A stretch of 54,566 bases of DNA from Candidatus Micrarchaeota archaeon (GCA_021848025.1 JAJZND010000018.1:1-54566); one strand, 5' to 3'; shown: positions 28,566-37,855, counted from the first letter of the stretch. The notes: generated by a model not told the origin, from the sequence alone. Numbers and translations are program-made.

Positions 28566-29288
28566 TTAATAATAGATGTCATTCTTAATATTTAACTGGT
28601 CTGTACCTTTTCTGAGCATAGGCATTATAACCTGAGTAAGTTCGGATAGCGAATCCACTAGCGCATCAGGCGCTTCTGCTTGCAGGCTGGACTTGTGGTG
28701 GTTGCCAGTCGTTATTCCTACGGAGAATACGCCAGCCTCTTTCGCAGCGCTTATGTTGTATCTGTTATCTCCTATGTAAATCGCGTACTGCGGCTCAACC
28801 GCCCTTCTATTCAGCATTTCTAAGATCCCTTTCTTTCTATCCTTTACGCCACCTACAATTTCAGAAAAAAAGCTGTCTATTCCGGATCTCTTGGCCTCTG
28901 CTATTACATGATATGCCGGGCGGCTGCTTAGTATTACTATAGGTATGCCTGTTCTTGAAATCTCGCCCAATGCAAGCTTTGCATCAGAGTATACAGTTGG
29001 CGGTTCCGAGCTAGACTTTACCTCCTCAAGCCTAACTTTATATTGCTGATCGGTTAGGAAGCCAGTATTATCTCCAATGCCGTGCTCCCTGAATAATTCT
29101 GCCGGACCTCTGTACGATGAGCGTAGCCATTCTGAGAATTCCAATATTTTTTTGCCGTGAGATTCCATTACTCTCATGGCTGCACTATAGACGACTTTCC
29201 TATTATCGCTGAATACCCCACTCCAGTCCGATAAAATCAGCCTGGTCTCGCGTGACCTTTCCTGTGATGGTTTAAGTAGAGTTGGCAT
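28566..29288 (-). CDS. HAD-superfamily hydrolase (Gph-like)
   Basis: Motif I variant LSDWSG, motif II ILSS and motif IV YIGDN…AAKEAG. ATG at 29288 preferred. Confidence 0.85.
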   Translation of the reverse strand: MPTLLKPSQERSRETRLILSDWSGVFSDNRKVVYSAAMRVMESHGKKILEFSEWLRSSYRGPAELFREHGIGDNTGFLTDQQYKVRLEEVKSSSEPPTVYSDAKLALGEISRTGIPIVILSSRPAYHVIAEAKRSGIDSFFSEIVGGVKDRKKGILEMLNRRAVEPQYAIYIGDNRYNISAAKEAGVFSVGITTGNHHKSSLQAEAPDALVDSLSELTQVIMPMLRKGTDQLNIKNDIYY

Positions 29289-29880
29289 TGATATCTCCCG
29301 AATAATCAGTAACAAATGATTATTGAATATAATTTATTTAACTATAAAAAGCTTTCTATTTTTTCCGTAAAATCTCCAAAATCATAACGGCTTTATATTT
29401 TAATACTTCAATGCCGTTTTGCCAAAATAACAAGTATATCTCTAAATATTCCGCAGGGGGCTTTTCGTATATAGTATATTATCGTGCTTTTTTAGTCGTA
29501 AATAAGTGCATTGATCACCGAAAGCAAAGACGGACAGTTAAGTTAGACGGGCTTTATCTTTGCTGAATCTGATCTCTAAGTCTTTGGCGTGCAGAAAAAC
29601 TGCATCTTCTGTTAGTTAATAACGAAGGGAATATTACAAAATAACAATAAAGCTCTTATATATTGAGAAATTTAAGAATATTTAAATAGGTGTTTAACCA
29701 TATTATAATTGGATGTTTAGGTGCTTTTTATAAATCCCACCAAACCCCATTCACCTAACATCCTCTATTTTTAATTTTATGTACCGGCAGCATCTTCGCA
29801 CATGCAAAGCCCAATATAATGAACAGTGCATTGCTGGAAATGCATATATATTTCATATTGCAACATAATCCTGTGAGTAT

Positions 29881-30951
29881 GTGGTTAATGTAGAGGTAAA
29901 AGTGCCTTCCAATATAAAAATATCCGGAGAACATTCGGTAGTTTTTGGGGGGCCCAGCTTATCTGCAGCAGTACCGCCGTATGCAACTGCAACTTTAAGT
30001 AGTTCAACTCAGGGTAAATTGGAGATAGTTCTCAAAGATCTTAATATTTCTGCTGCATTCGATGAACCCGCCTTAAGGAAACTTTACTCGGATTATAGTA
30101 AAAGGGATACAGCGCCCAAAAAACCTGATGACAAAACGCCTACTGGGCTTGCAAAGTATATAGCCAGGCATGCCGAGATAAGAAAGGAGATGCTCCCGTA
30201 TGCAACAATAGCGGCCAGACTCCTTGTTGAGCAGGGTATAAGTCCTATCGGAAAACAGGTTGTCATACATTCAGATGTGCCGATAGGGAAGGGGTATGCC
30301 AGCAGCGCAGTATGCTCTACCGCATTTGCAATGGTCCTTGTCAAAGCTTCTGGAAAGCAATTAGAAGACCAGACTGCCATAGACATATCAAGGGACGGTG
30401 AACGGATAGTACATGGGGTAGAAACAGGCGGTAGACTTGATGTTGGCCCCATATATTTCGGAGGTTATGCAACTTTCAAGGCATCTGAAGGAATAAAATC
30501 GCTGGAAATCTCAACGCCCATCAACTTCGTAGTTATGGATGTTGGGCCAAAGCCGCCTACGGCGAAGATGGTAGAGAAAGTAAGAGCACTGCACGATGCA
30601 GATGAAGAGGGCACAGATAAGATACTTAGAGAAATAGACAGAATTGTCCTGAGATGCATAGACGCGATTAAAAGCGGGGACCTGAAAGAGCTTGGAAAAC
30701 AGATATACCATAACCATGAACTCTTGCGAAAACTTGGGGTTTCTTCCGATAAACTTGATAAGGCGGTTTCTGTTGCGATGTCAAACGGGGCTTATGGCGC
30801 CAAGCTCTGTGGTGGCGGTGGTGGGGGAATGGGAATGGCACTGGTAGAGAGCGATGCTGATGCCAAGCGGGTAATAAACGCCTTGAAATCTAATGGATTT
30901 GAAGCTTATAGCATAAGCGTGATCCTTAAAGGAGCAAAAGAACAAGTCTAG
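29881..30951 (+). CDS. mvk: Mevalonate kinase (GHMP family)
   Basis: GEHSVVFG, PIGKGYASSA, HG…GRLD and GAKLCGGGGGG; near hmgS and thiolase. Confidence 0.85.
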   Translation: MVNVEVKVPSNIKISGEHSVVFGGPSLSAAVPPYATATLSSSTQGKLEIVLKDLNISAAFDEPALRKLYSDYSKRDTAPKKPDDKTPTGLAKYIARHAEIRKEMLPYATIAARLLVEQGISPIGKQVVIHSDVPIGKGYASSAVCSTAFAMVLVKASGKQLEDQTAIDISRDGERIVHGVETGGRLDVGPIYFGGYATFKASEGIKSLEISTPINFVVMDVGPKPPTAKMVEKVRALHDADEEGTDKILREIDRIVLRCIDAIKSGDLKELGKQIYHNHELLRKLGVSSDKLDKAVSVAMSNGAYGAKLCGGGGGGMGMALVESDADAKRVINALKSNGFEAYSISVILKGAKEQV

Positions 30952-31244
30952 AGTTAGAACTAGAAATGGCTAATTTCTGCAGGTCCGCAGTTATCTAAAT
31001 CGCCAGGCATCCAGGCCATCTTGCAATGAGTCCGTGGATACGAAATCAAATGGTCCTTCAGCTGACTTATAGTGAGCACGAATTATAATGGGGAGCCATC
31101 TCCCAGATTTTGTATGAGAGGGAGGCCATTTCCCGCCGGGGCTTCATATCCAGCAATACTGCTGCGCATGACATAAAGGCAGCCAAAGGAGCCCGTGCAA
31201 AGAGAGCAGGCAATGACATCGTGCAGAAGGTTTAATGATCACTG

Positions 31245-31319
31245 CGGACATGCCGGGATTTGAACCCGGAGCTTCTGGCTCCGCAAGCCAGCGTGCTATC
31301 CAAGTTACACCACATGTCC
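31245..31319 (-). tRNA. tRNA-Arg(GCG)
   Basis: Reverse complement folds with acceptor GGACATG/CATGTCC, anticodon stem CTGGC/GCCAG, loop TT-GCG-GA and T-loop TTCAAAT. Confidence 0.95.
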
Positions 31320-31407
31320 ATGCTTGCTTATAACTCATCTTTTTATACATTTCTATATAAATGAATATCTATACATCAATGTTTCTTAATAAGTTATTTG
31401 TGATTTT

Positions 31408-31575
31408 ATGCCAAGCACACAAGGCAAGATATGCACTTCATGTGGAAAGCTTACAATAAAGTATGCGATATTCGACTGCCCCCAATGCGGTAATGAAGTG
31501 ATAGTAAGATGTCACGAGTGCAGAAAGACGCATACGAAGTATAAATGCTCAAAGTGCAATTTTGAAGGTCCGTAA
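31408..31575 (+). CDS. Zn-ribbon protein DUF1610 (HVO_2753-like)
   Basis: 55-aa ORF below the track cutoff: CTSCG…FDCPQCG…RCHECRK…YKCSKCNFEGP, in the conserved position upstream of EF-1beta. Confidence 0.92.
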   Translation: MPSTQGKICTSCGKLTIKYAIFDCPQCGNEVIVRCHECRKTHTKYKCSKCNFEGP

Positions 31576-31576
31576 C

Positions 31577-31822
31577 ATGGCAAAAGTAGCTACTCTTTTC
31601 AAGGTATATCCAAATAATGGTGAAGAAGAGAAAGTAAGCAGAAGTGTGAAGGAAACGCTGCAGCCGAAGAGCATGCAGCTTGAGGATGTCGCTTTTGGCA
31701 TAAAAGTGCTTAAGGTACTTTTCATTCATGAAGATTCTGACGGTAGCTCTGCGCTCGAGGAAAAACTCCGCAAGATAAAAGGGGTAAACGAAGTGGAAGT
31801 GGAAGAGGAGAGCCTTCTATAG
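31577..31822 (+). CDS. ef1b: Elongation factor 1-beta
   Basis: MAKV…KVYP, VAFGIKVL and LEEKL…GV motifs. Confidence 0.9.
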   Translation: MAKVATLFKVYPNNGEEEKVSRSVKETLQPKSMQLEDVAFGIKVLKVLFIHEDSDGSSALEEKLRKIKGVNEVEVEEESLL

Positions 31823-31831
31823 CCACTGCTT

Positions 31832-32590
31832 TCAAAGCGCAGCCATTTTTGTATAGCCATCAAGTATGTATGCATTCTCATGCGTTATGGTCATATTCTT
31901 CTTTATTCCATCAATTATCTCTGTCCTTCCAAGAGATTTCAGGCAGAGCAGCACGCAGTTTATGCTGTACGGAAGCGTGTCCACTCTATATACATCGAAC
32001 CTGTCTTTGAGTCCTGCAAGATATGATCTAAACATGTCAGTGCCGGTCATGGAGCTGATGAAGTTTATTCCAAGTATGCCTTGTTCTTTGAGGCAATTGT
32101 TTGCATTTTCAGTGAATCCATAAGTTAAAAATGCATCAGGAACAAAGCCGCCTTTATATGCGTCCAATATTACCACGTCATACTTGTACCTGCATCTTTT
32201 TACATACTCCGCTCCGTCCCCCTTTATCAGGTTTATCTTTACTTCTGGCCCTGCGAACTTGCTAAATAATCTTATCATGGCATCGTTGTTCTCAACTACG
32301 TCAAGATTAAAATTGTTGCCTATAAGCTTGTAAAGCTGATACGGGATGGTGCCGCCACCCAGCCCTATCATGAGCATATTCGGCCTCTCCTTGAAAAATG
32401 CAAGCGGCAGCAAGAAATCCCAGTATTCTTTAGTGTAGATAGAATCATTCATTATCCTTGAATATACTACATCATCATATCTCAGGGTCTTGCCGTAGTC
32501 GCTTTTGGAGATAGTAAGCCGGTGACTATCGGATATTTCTGAAGCTATAATATTTTCTTTCCATCCGAATATCTTATCAAATAGTTTCAA
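31832..32590 (-). CDS. Spermidine synthase-like SAM-dependent methyltransferase
   Basis: LMIGLGGG, DVVE, GDGAEYV and YDVVILDAY motifs. Confidence 0.82.
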   Translation of the reverse strand: MKLFDKIFGWKENIIASEISDSHRLTISKSDYGKTLRYDDVVYSRIMNDSIYTKEYWDFLLPLAFFKERPNMLMIGLGGGTIPYQLYKLIGNNFNLDVVENNDAMIRLFSKFAGPEVKINLIKGDGAEYVKRCRYKYDVVILDAYKGGFVPDAFLTYGFTENANNCLKEQGILGINFISSMTGTDMFRSYLAGLKDRFDVYRVDTLPYSINCVLLCLKSLGRTEIIDGIKKNMTITHENAYILDGYTKMAAL

Positions 32591-32598
32591 TGAATCGC

Positions 32599-33153
32599 CT
32601 ATACTCTGCCCTTAGATTCTCCATTAGCAATTCCGCTTGCTATAATGTGGGCAAGCCTCAGCAGCCCTGCAGCTTCGAGGGATAAAGCCTTAACATCCTG
32701 TCTTTCCATGCCCATGCTCTGTATGTAATATCCATGCATAGAATAAAGCGTACATGCTCTGAAGTTCTCTTTAGCAAGCATTATCTTTTTCTTGCCTGCG
32801 CCTGATGCTTCCAGCGCTCTTAAAAGCATTTCGTTTCTAGGCCTTTTTCTTGTTATCGCAAGTATGGGCAGCTTAAATTCCTTCCTCAATTTCTTCATGT
32901 CTATCAGGTTAAGCCCTGCAAAGGTGCCGCCATTCAATGCCAATATTCTTACCTGATCCCTGAACCTTGATTTTTTTATGGCTAAGGCAATTTTTGATGT
33001 CGAATCATTTCCTGATACCCTCACTTTGAAGGAGAGCACTCCTTCAAGAATGCCCTGCCTGCCAAGCACTCCAACTACCAACGAATTTACGCTCCTCCTT
33101 GAAAATGGGGCATCATCAAGCGCAAGAATCCTTGCGCCACGCTTAATCGGCAT
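32599..33153 (-). CDS. DUF99 family (endonuclease V-like) protein
   Basis: RILALDDAPF, FAGLNLID, LRLAHIIASG and ESKGRV; next to rpoL. Confidence 0.88.
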   Translation of the reverse strand: MPIKRGARILALDDAPFSRRSVNSLVVGVLGRQGILEGVLSFKVRVSGNDSTSKIALAIKKSRFRDQVRILALNGGTFAGLNLIDMKKLRKEFKLPILAITRKRPRNEMLLRALEASGAGKKKIMLAKENFRACTLYSMHGYYIQSMGMERQDVKALSLEAAGLLRLAHIIASGIANGESKGRV

Positions 33154-33422
33154 TATTTCTTATTTATCTGGGAAGAGAGGTCTTTGATATCCTCCTCTAC
33201 TTCTCCAAGTGCTTTTAGTATAAGACTCTTTGTATTTTTGCCTGACTTCACTACCAGCCTGGGCTGCCCTATCTCCGGGTGTGTCTTCATTACACCTGCA
33301 AATTCCACATCCTTGTTTTGCATGAGCTTGTCCTTGAGCAGTTCTGGTATGGCTCTGTCGGAGCCTTCAAATTCTATTATCATGCTCTTTGCTTCTTCTT
33401 CTATTATATTGAGCTTCATCAT
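33153..33422 (-). CDS. rpoL: DNA-directed RNA polymerase subunit L (Rpo11)
   Basis: IEFEG…LLKDKL…DVEFAG…HP pattern. The start is uncertain (33419, 33422 or 33440). Confidence 0.85.
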   Translation of the reverse strand: MMKLNIIEEEAKSMIIEFEGSDRAIPELLKDKLMQNKDVEFAGVMKTHPEIGQPRLVVKSGKNTKSLILKALGEVEEDIKDLSSQINKK

Positions 33423-33499
33423 ATCTACCAACATTAGCAATAGACAGTAATATATGCTCAGGGAAGGGATAAAAAGGCTTTGTTATGGGAACATATCCT

Positions 33500-33760
33500 A
33501 GCACGTTCACTCTCTGCAGATATTAAAGAGCAATTTAGGGAACGTGGAATAGCTCCTATCATCCAGAAGCAGAAGCATATGGAGAAATCAGAGGCACTTA
33601 GAGAACCAGACTATTGGGGAAGATGGTCTATAGAGCGCATTTCTCAAGACTCATTGAAGTCATCGCAATGCCAAATAACAAGATTCGTAGGCCTGGAAAA
33701 GGCCCAATGCATGCCCTCCTGGCTTATTGCCTACGTAATGGGCATGCGAGGCGGGGCTTC
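33500..33760 (+). pseudogene. Frameshifted C-terminal remnant of an IS5/IS4-like DDE transposase
   Basis: SADIKEQFRERGIAPII…YWGRWSIERI/(shift)SRLIEV…RFVGLEKA/(shift)MHALLAY matches the Y-x2-R-W-x-I-E-R-x-F…RxxGL pattern. Confidence 0.6.
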
Positions 33761-33883
33761 TGGCTTCGATAAAGCGTTAGAATGCAAATGTCAACCTACT
33801 ACAGTACGAAAAAGAAACAGATATATAAATTTATGGCATCATAATAGAGTATAAATAAGTTAAGTCTATCCGGTGTTTTTTAA

Positions 33884-34306
33884 ATGGCAAACGTATTAGA
33901 GGTAGATAGTTCAATGCTTATACAGAAGGCGGCTGAAAAGCTTTCCGAAGCGAAGGTTTCAAAGCCGCAGTATGTAGATTTTGTCAAGAGCGGCGCGGGA
34001 AAAGAGAGAACGCCGCAAGACCAGATGTTCTGGTATATCAGATGTGCTTCTGTATTGAGACAGGCATACGTGAACGGGCCTATTGGAATTTCTCGCCTGA
34101 GGACAAGGTATGGCACCAGGAAGAAGCACAGCGTCAGGAGGCATCATCACATGCGCGCTGGAGGGAGCATTATAAAGGATGCTTTCGATGGCTTGGAAAA
34201 ACTCGGCTATGTAAAGAAAACCAAGAAGGGCAGGGTCATAACACAGGCAGGAAGATCGTTCTTGGACAAAGTGGCTAATGAAGTATTAAAGACCGATGGT
34301 GCTTGA
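33884..34306 (+). CDS. rps19e: 30S ribosomal protein S19e
   Basis: FVKSGAGKERTPQ, WYIRCASVLR, GGSII and GRSFLD. Confidence 0.97.
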   Translation: MANVLEVDSSMLIQKAAEKLSEAKVSKPQYVDFVKSGAGKERTPQDQMFWYIRCASVLRQAYVNGPIGISRLRTRYGTRKKHSVRRHHHMRAGGSIIKDAFDGLEKLGYVKKTKKGRVITQAGRSFLDKVANEVLKTDGA

Positions 34307-34619
34307 AGTGCCGGAACAGGCAGGAAGCAATCAGGAAGATGAAAAAATCCAGAAGGCTCTCCAGAAAAGAATGAGGGTCATGCAGGAGGAGCAGCAGAAA
34401 AGGGAGTTGGCAAGACGATTTATGACTCCAGAAGCATATGAGAGGCTTATGAACGTACGCATTTCAAACAGGGAACTTTATTCGCAATTAATAAATTTAA
34501 TACTCGCAATGGTGCAGCAGAATAGGCTCTCGGGCAAACTGACAGAGGAGCAGCTTAAGCAGATACTTGGCAAGTTGACTTTCAGGCCTGAGCCTACAAT
34601 AGAATATAAGCACAAATGA
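34296..34619 (+). CDS. PDCD5-like DNA-binding protein
   Basis: MTPEAYERLMNVR…LTEEQLKQIL, in the conserved position after rps19e. Confidence 0.9.
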   Translation: MVLEVPEQAGSNQEDEKIQKALQKRMRVMQEEQQKRELARRFMTPEAYERLMNVRISNRELYSQLINLILAMVQQNRLSGKLTEEQLKQILGKLTFRPEPTIEYKHK

Positions 34620-34670
34620 TGCAATAAATTAAATGCAGTTATAAAGCGATTGAACTTATAAGTTGATGTT

Positions 34671-34829
34671 ATGAGCAAAAAAAGCACGGAAAAGAAGCTT
34701 AGGCTCGGAAAGGAACTTAAGCGCAACAGACGGGTGCCTGTACTTGCAATACTTAGGACACACAGGAAAGTCCAGTACAACAAGTTTCAGAGGGACTGGA
34801 GAAGGAGAAAACTGAGGATAAAGGTGTAG
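34671..34829 (+). CDS. rpl39e: 50S ribosomal protein L39e
   Basis: 52-aa ORF below the track cutoff: MSKKSTEKKLRLGKELKRNRRVP…RDWRRRKL. Confidence 0.95.
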   Translation: MSKKSTEKKLRLGKELKRNRRVPVLAILRTHRKVQYNKFQRDWRRRKLRIKV

Positions 34830-34833
34830 CAGA

Positions 34834-35301
34834 ATGCCAACAGAGATAAGAAACATCAGTTTGCGCAGGAGGCTTGTCAAGATACACAGTACAAGAAGAC
34901 TCCAGGGTTCTTACAAATATCTGAGGCAGGAGATAGCTAGGTTTGCTTCCGTCTCACCAGATGAGATTTCCATAAGTCAGGATCTAAACAGGTATATGAT
35001 GCTTAATGCGATGCGCATGCGCGATATAAAAGTAAGCGTGGAGAAGACAGGCACTTCTGTAAAGCTTGATCTTTCACCTGAGCTGAAGCCCAAAAAACCT
35101 GTTGCAGATGCGGCAGGCCAGAAGGATCCAAATCAGGCAAAGAATGCAAAGAAGCCTGCGGAGCAGAAGCAGGAAGGGCGCAGCACAGGCAAAAGTGAAA
35201 AAGGTGCAAAGGAAGGGTCAACCTCGCAACCCAAGCCTCAGAATCAGAAAGCAAATCCTGAAAGCAAGAACCAGCAAAATGGCAAAAACAAAGGTAAGTA
35301 G
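34834..35301 (+). CDS. rpl31e: 50S ribosomal protein L31e with a long low-complexity C-terminal extension
   Basis: RNISLRR…YLRQEIARF…ISQDLNRYM, positioned between L39e and aIF6. Confidence 0.82.
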   Translation: MPTEIRNISLRRRLVKIHSTRRLQGSYKYLRQEIARFASVSPDEISISQDLNRYMMLNAMRMRDIKVSVEKTGTSVKLDLSPELKPKKPVADAAGQKDPNQAKNAKKPAEQKQEGRSTGKSEKGAKEGSTSQPKPQNQKANPESKNQQNGKNKGK

Positions 35302-35303
35302 GA

Positions 35304-35969
35304 ATGGCGTACGCTAAGTTCAGCCTGTATGGGAGTGATTTCATAGGGGCGTTCGGCGTTGCTTCAGATAAATTTATCTTGGTTGGCAGGGATATAAGCA
35401 GGGGTGGCGAGTCAGTGATAAAAGAAACGCTGAATTGTAAGGCCGTAAGATGCTCAGTTGGCGGTTCCGAGCTAGTCGGCATCTATGCGGTGGCAAATTC
35501 AGGGCATGTGTTGCTGTCAAACATGACAGAGGACAGTGAACTGAAGCTTCTGAGAAACGAGCTTGGAAACGTTTCGGTAGAAGTGCTAGATACGGATCTC
35601 AATGCGTTGCGCAACAATATACTGGCAAATGATAAGTTGGCTGTCCTGAATCCGGAATTTACCAGCAGGCAGGAGAAAGAAATATCGGATCTGCTGGATG
35701 TAGAGACGATCAGAACGAAAACAGGCGGATTCAGCACCGTAGGTGCTAACAACATACTCACGAATAAGGGAATGGTCCTGAGCAACCATGCGTCGGACGA
35801 GGAGTTCGAACGGTTCAAGGAGTTCTTTCCCTCTCTAATGCAGTCAACTGCAAATACCGGCTCGCCAAGCATAGGCCTATGCACGATGGCAAATTCCAGC
35901 GGCCTTCTCGCAGGCGAAAAGACTACCGGCTATGAGCTCGCAAATATGGCAGATGCGCTTGGGCTTTAG
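35304..35969 (+). CDS. eif6: Translation initiation factor aIF-6
   Basis: IGAFG, LVGIYAVANS, NNILAND, TANTGSP and TTGYEL. Confidence 0.95.
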   Translation: MAYAKFSLYGSDFIGAFGVASDKFILVGRDISRGGESVIKETLNCKAVRCSVGGSELVGIYAVANSGHVLLSNMTEDSELKLLRNELGNVSVEVLDTDLNALRNNILANDKLAVLNPEFTSRQEKEISDLLDVETIRTKTGGFSTVGANNILTNKGMVLSNHASDEEFERFKEFFPSLMQSTANTGSPSIGLCTMANSSGLLAGEKTTGYELANMADALGL

Positions 35970-36010
35970 CCTGCCTTTGTTAATCCACGCCGGAGCTTAC
36001 CGGTTCTGAT

Positions 36011-37414
36011 TCAATTGTTAGGTATTATATTATTTATTATGAAATCAGGGTCATAAGCCATAATATCTTTGTATCCTTCTCCTGTGCAGATAAAAAGGAT
36101 CGGTATTTCAGTTTCGCTTGCTATGGAGAGCGTATTGCCCCCTTTTGCATCAAGATCCAGCTTGGTCAGTATGACCCCATCTAAGCCTACGGCGCTGTCA
36201 AATTCCTTCAGCTGCTCAAGCAGCACATTTCCTGCAATACTCTCTCCTATGAAGATTTTCAGATCCGGCTTTATGACCCTGTTCATCTTCTTCATTTCTT
36301 CCATTAAGCTTCTGCTTGTCTCCTGCCTGCCTGCACTGTCTATCAGGACAACATCTATGCCTCTTGCCTTCGCATGGGCAACCGCATCGAAGGCCACGCT
36401 TGCGGGGTCTGCGCCATAAGTGCCTTTCAAGACTTCGATTCCAAGCTTCTTTGCATGTATGGCACTCTGCTCTATTGCAGCAGCCCTAAAGGTATCGCTG
36501 GCAGATATGATGCATGATAGCCCGTTGTCAAGCATCAGCCTGGCCATTTTTGCTATGGTAGTGGTCTTGCCCGCTCCGTTAGGGCCAAGAAAGAGTATCT
36601 TGAACGGTACTTCCCCTCTTTCTTTTCTTTCTCTGACCATGCTCACAAGGTCTGCCTTCTTTCCTTTTTTCAGTATCTCAAAAATAGCATTTCTTATCTT
36701 TGACGAGATCTGGGCTTCAAGCTGTGATGCCTTGATAGGATTAGCGGTCAAATCTTTTTTTATTGAGTTCAGTATCTTTTCTGTAGCTACATAGTTTACA
36801 TCAGATTGAAGAAGTGCGACTTGCAGCTGCTCAATGAATGGCTCTATGTCCTTGTCGCTTATGCTTACCTCACGGAATATAAGACCTTTTATCTTGGTTC
36901 CTGCGGAGACGCCTGGTTTTCTGGCCGGCTGATCCGGAGCGGTACTTGTTGCCTGCATTCTTTCATGCCTAATTGGCGCGGCATTTTTCACTTCCCCTGC
37001 TCCGGCACTTATGCCGGCTGCATCGGGTTTCTGCGTAGTCTGCGCTTCTGCCCCGAGAGCCTTTTCTTCCTTACCTGTTTTTCTTTCCTCTTTTAGATCT
37101 CCATTTTGCTGATGCTCTCTGTATTGCCCCTGAATACCTGCAGACTTATCTGCTGCTTTTACATCATGCTCCTTTTTTGCCTCAGGCAATACTTCCTTAA
37201 GATGATGTCCTTCACCTGGAGCTTCTGCAGGCTGCCTGCTATCCCTCGCTTTTCCCTCTGCGCCTTCCTTGCCTTCTATTTTTGCTGCTCCAGGCTCGCT
37301 GCTTTTCCCTCCGACAGCTCCCTCTTCTTTTTGCGTCTCTTCGGCTTTTTCCTCCTCTTTCTTGGCAATGGACCCTATAAAATTTGAAAATTTCTTTTTT
37401 AGACCTTCGAACAT
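36011..37414 (-). CDS. ftsY: SRP receptor FtsY
   Basis: GPNGAGKTT, DTFRAAA, DSAGR and TKLDLDAKGG, with a long charged N-terminal linker. Confidence 0.96.
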   Translation of the reverse strand: MFEGLKKKFSNFIGSIAKKEEEKAEETQKEEGAVGGKSSEPGAAKIEGKEGAEGKARDSRQPAEAPGEGHHLKEVLPEAKKEHDVKAADKSAGIQGQYREHQQNGDLKEERKTGKEEKALGAEAQTTQKPDAAGISAGAGEVKNAAPIRHERMQATSTAPDQPARKPGVSAGTKIKGLIFREVSISDKDIEPFIEQLQVALLQSDVNYVATEKILNSIKKDLTANPIKASQLEAQISSKIRNAIFEILKKGKKADLVSMVRERKERGEVPFKILFLGPNGAGKTTTIAKMARLMLDNGLSCIISASDTFRAAAIEQSAIHAKKLGIEVLKGTYGADPASVAFDAVAHAKARGIDVVLIDSAGRQETSRSLMEEMKKMNRVIKPDLKIFIGESIAGNVLLEQLKEFDSAVGLDGVILTKLDLDAKGGNTLSIASETEIPILFICTGEGYKDIMAYDPDFIINNIIPNN

Positions 37415-37417
37415 TTA

Positions 37418-37855
37418 CTATACCTGCTGCTGATTGTATGCGCTAAGCTTGTAAGAGATGCTTACAAGCTCCTTCTCGATCTTAAGCCTCTCTTCAGAAA
37501 GCCGTCTGAGGTTCTCTTCCTGCTTCTTCCTGTTATCAGTTAGGAAAGCCTTCGCATCCTCCAGGCTTTTCTCAACAAGGTAACCTGCTCCCACGTACGT
37601 TATCACCTGCTCCACCGGCTTTATTTTGGCAACTATGTATGTGCCCCCTTCCCCGTTAAGCAGCATCTCTTTGTTGTTTATCTTGTCAGGATCTTCAAGC
37701 ATCTCAATATTTTTGTTTATCGCGCTCAACGCCAGAGAGTAGGTCGCTATCTCACTCTCGATCATCTCATACTGCTGCGAATATATGTTCTGCAGATATC
37801 TTAATTGAGCCACAGCCTGCTCGGCATCCTGATCATTCCCCTCGTTAGCAGCCAT
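37418..37855 (-). CDS. pfdA: Prefoldin alpha subunit
   Basis: Coiled coils flanking GGTYI…VGAGYLVEKS beta hairpins; directly upstream of ftsY. Confidence 0.92.
   Translation of the reverse strand: MAANEGNDQDAEQAVAQLRYLQNIYSQQYEMIESEIATYSLALSAINKNIEMLEDPDKINNKEMLLNGEGGTYIVAKIKPVEQVITYVGAGYLVEKSLEDAKAFLTDNRKKQEENLRRLSEERLKIEKELVSISYKLSAYNQQQV

Noticed and set aside
33480-33854. 124-aa ORF as a real gene, or RNase P RNA/Rpp21 expected near rps19e
   Set aside because: No GAGGAAAGTCC-type P4 motif or Rpp21 zinc ribbon. A frameshifted transposase remnant explains it better.
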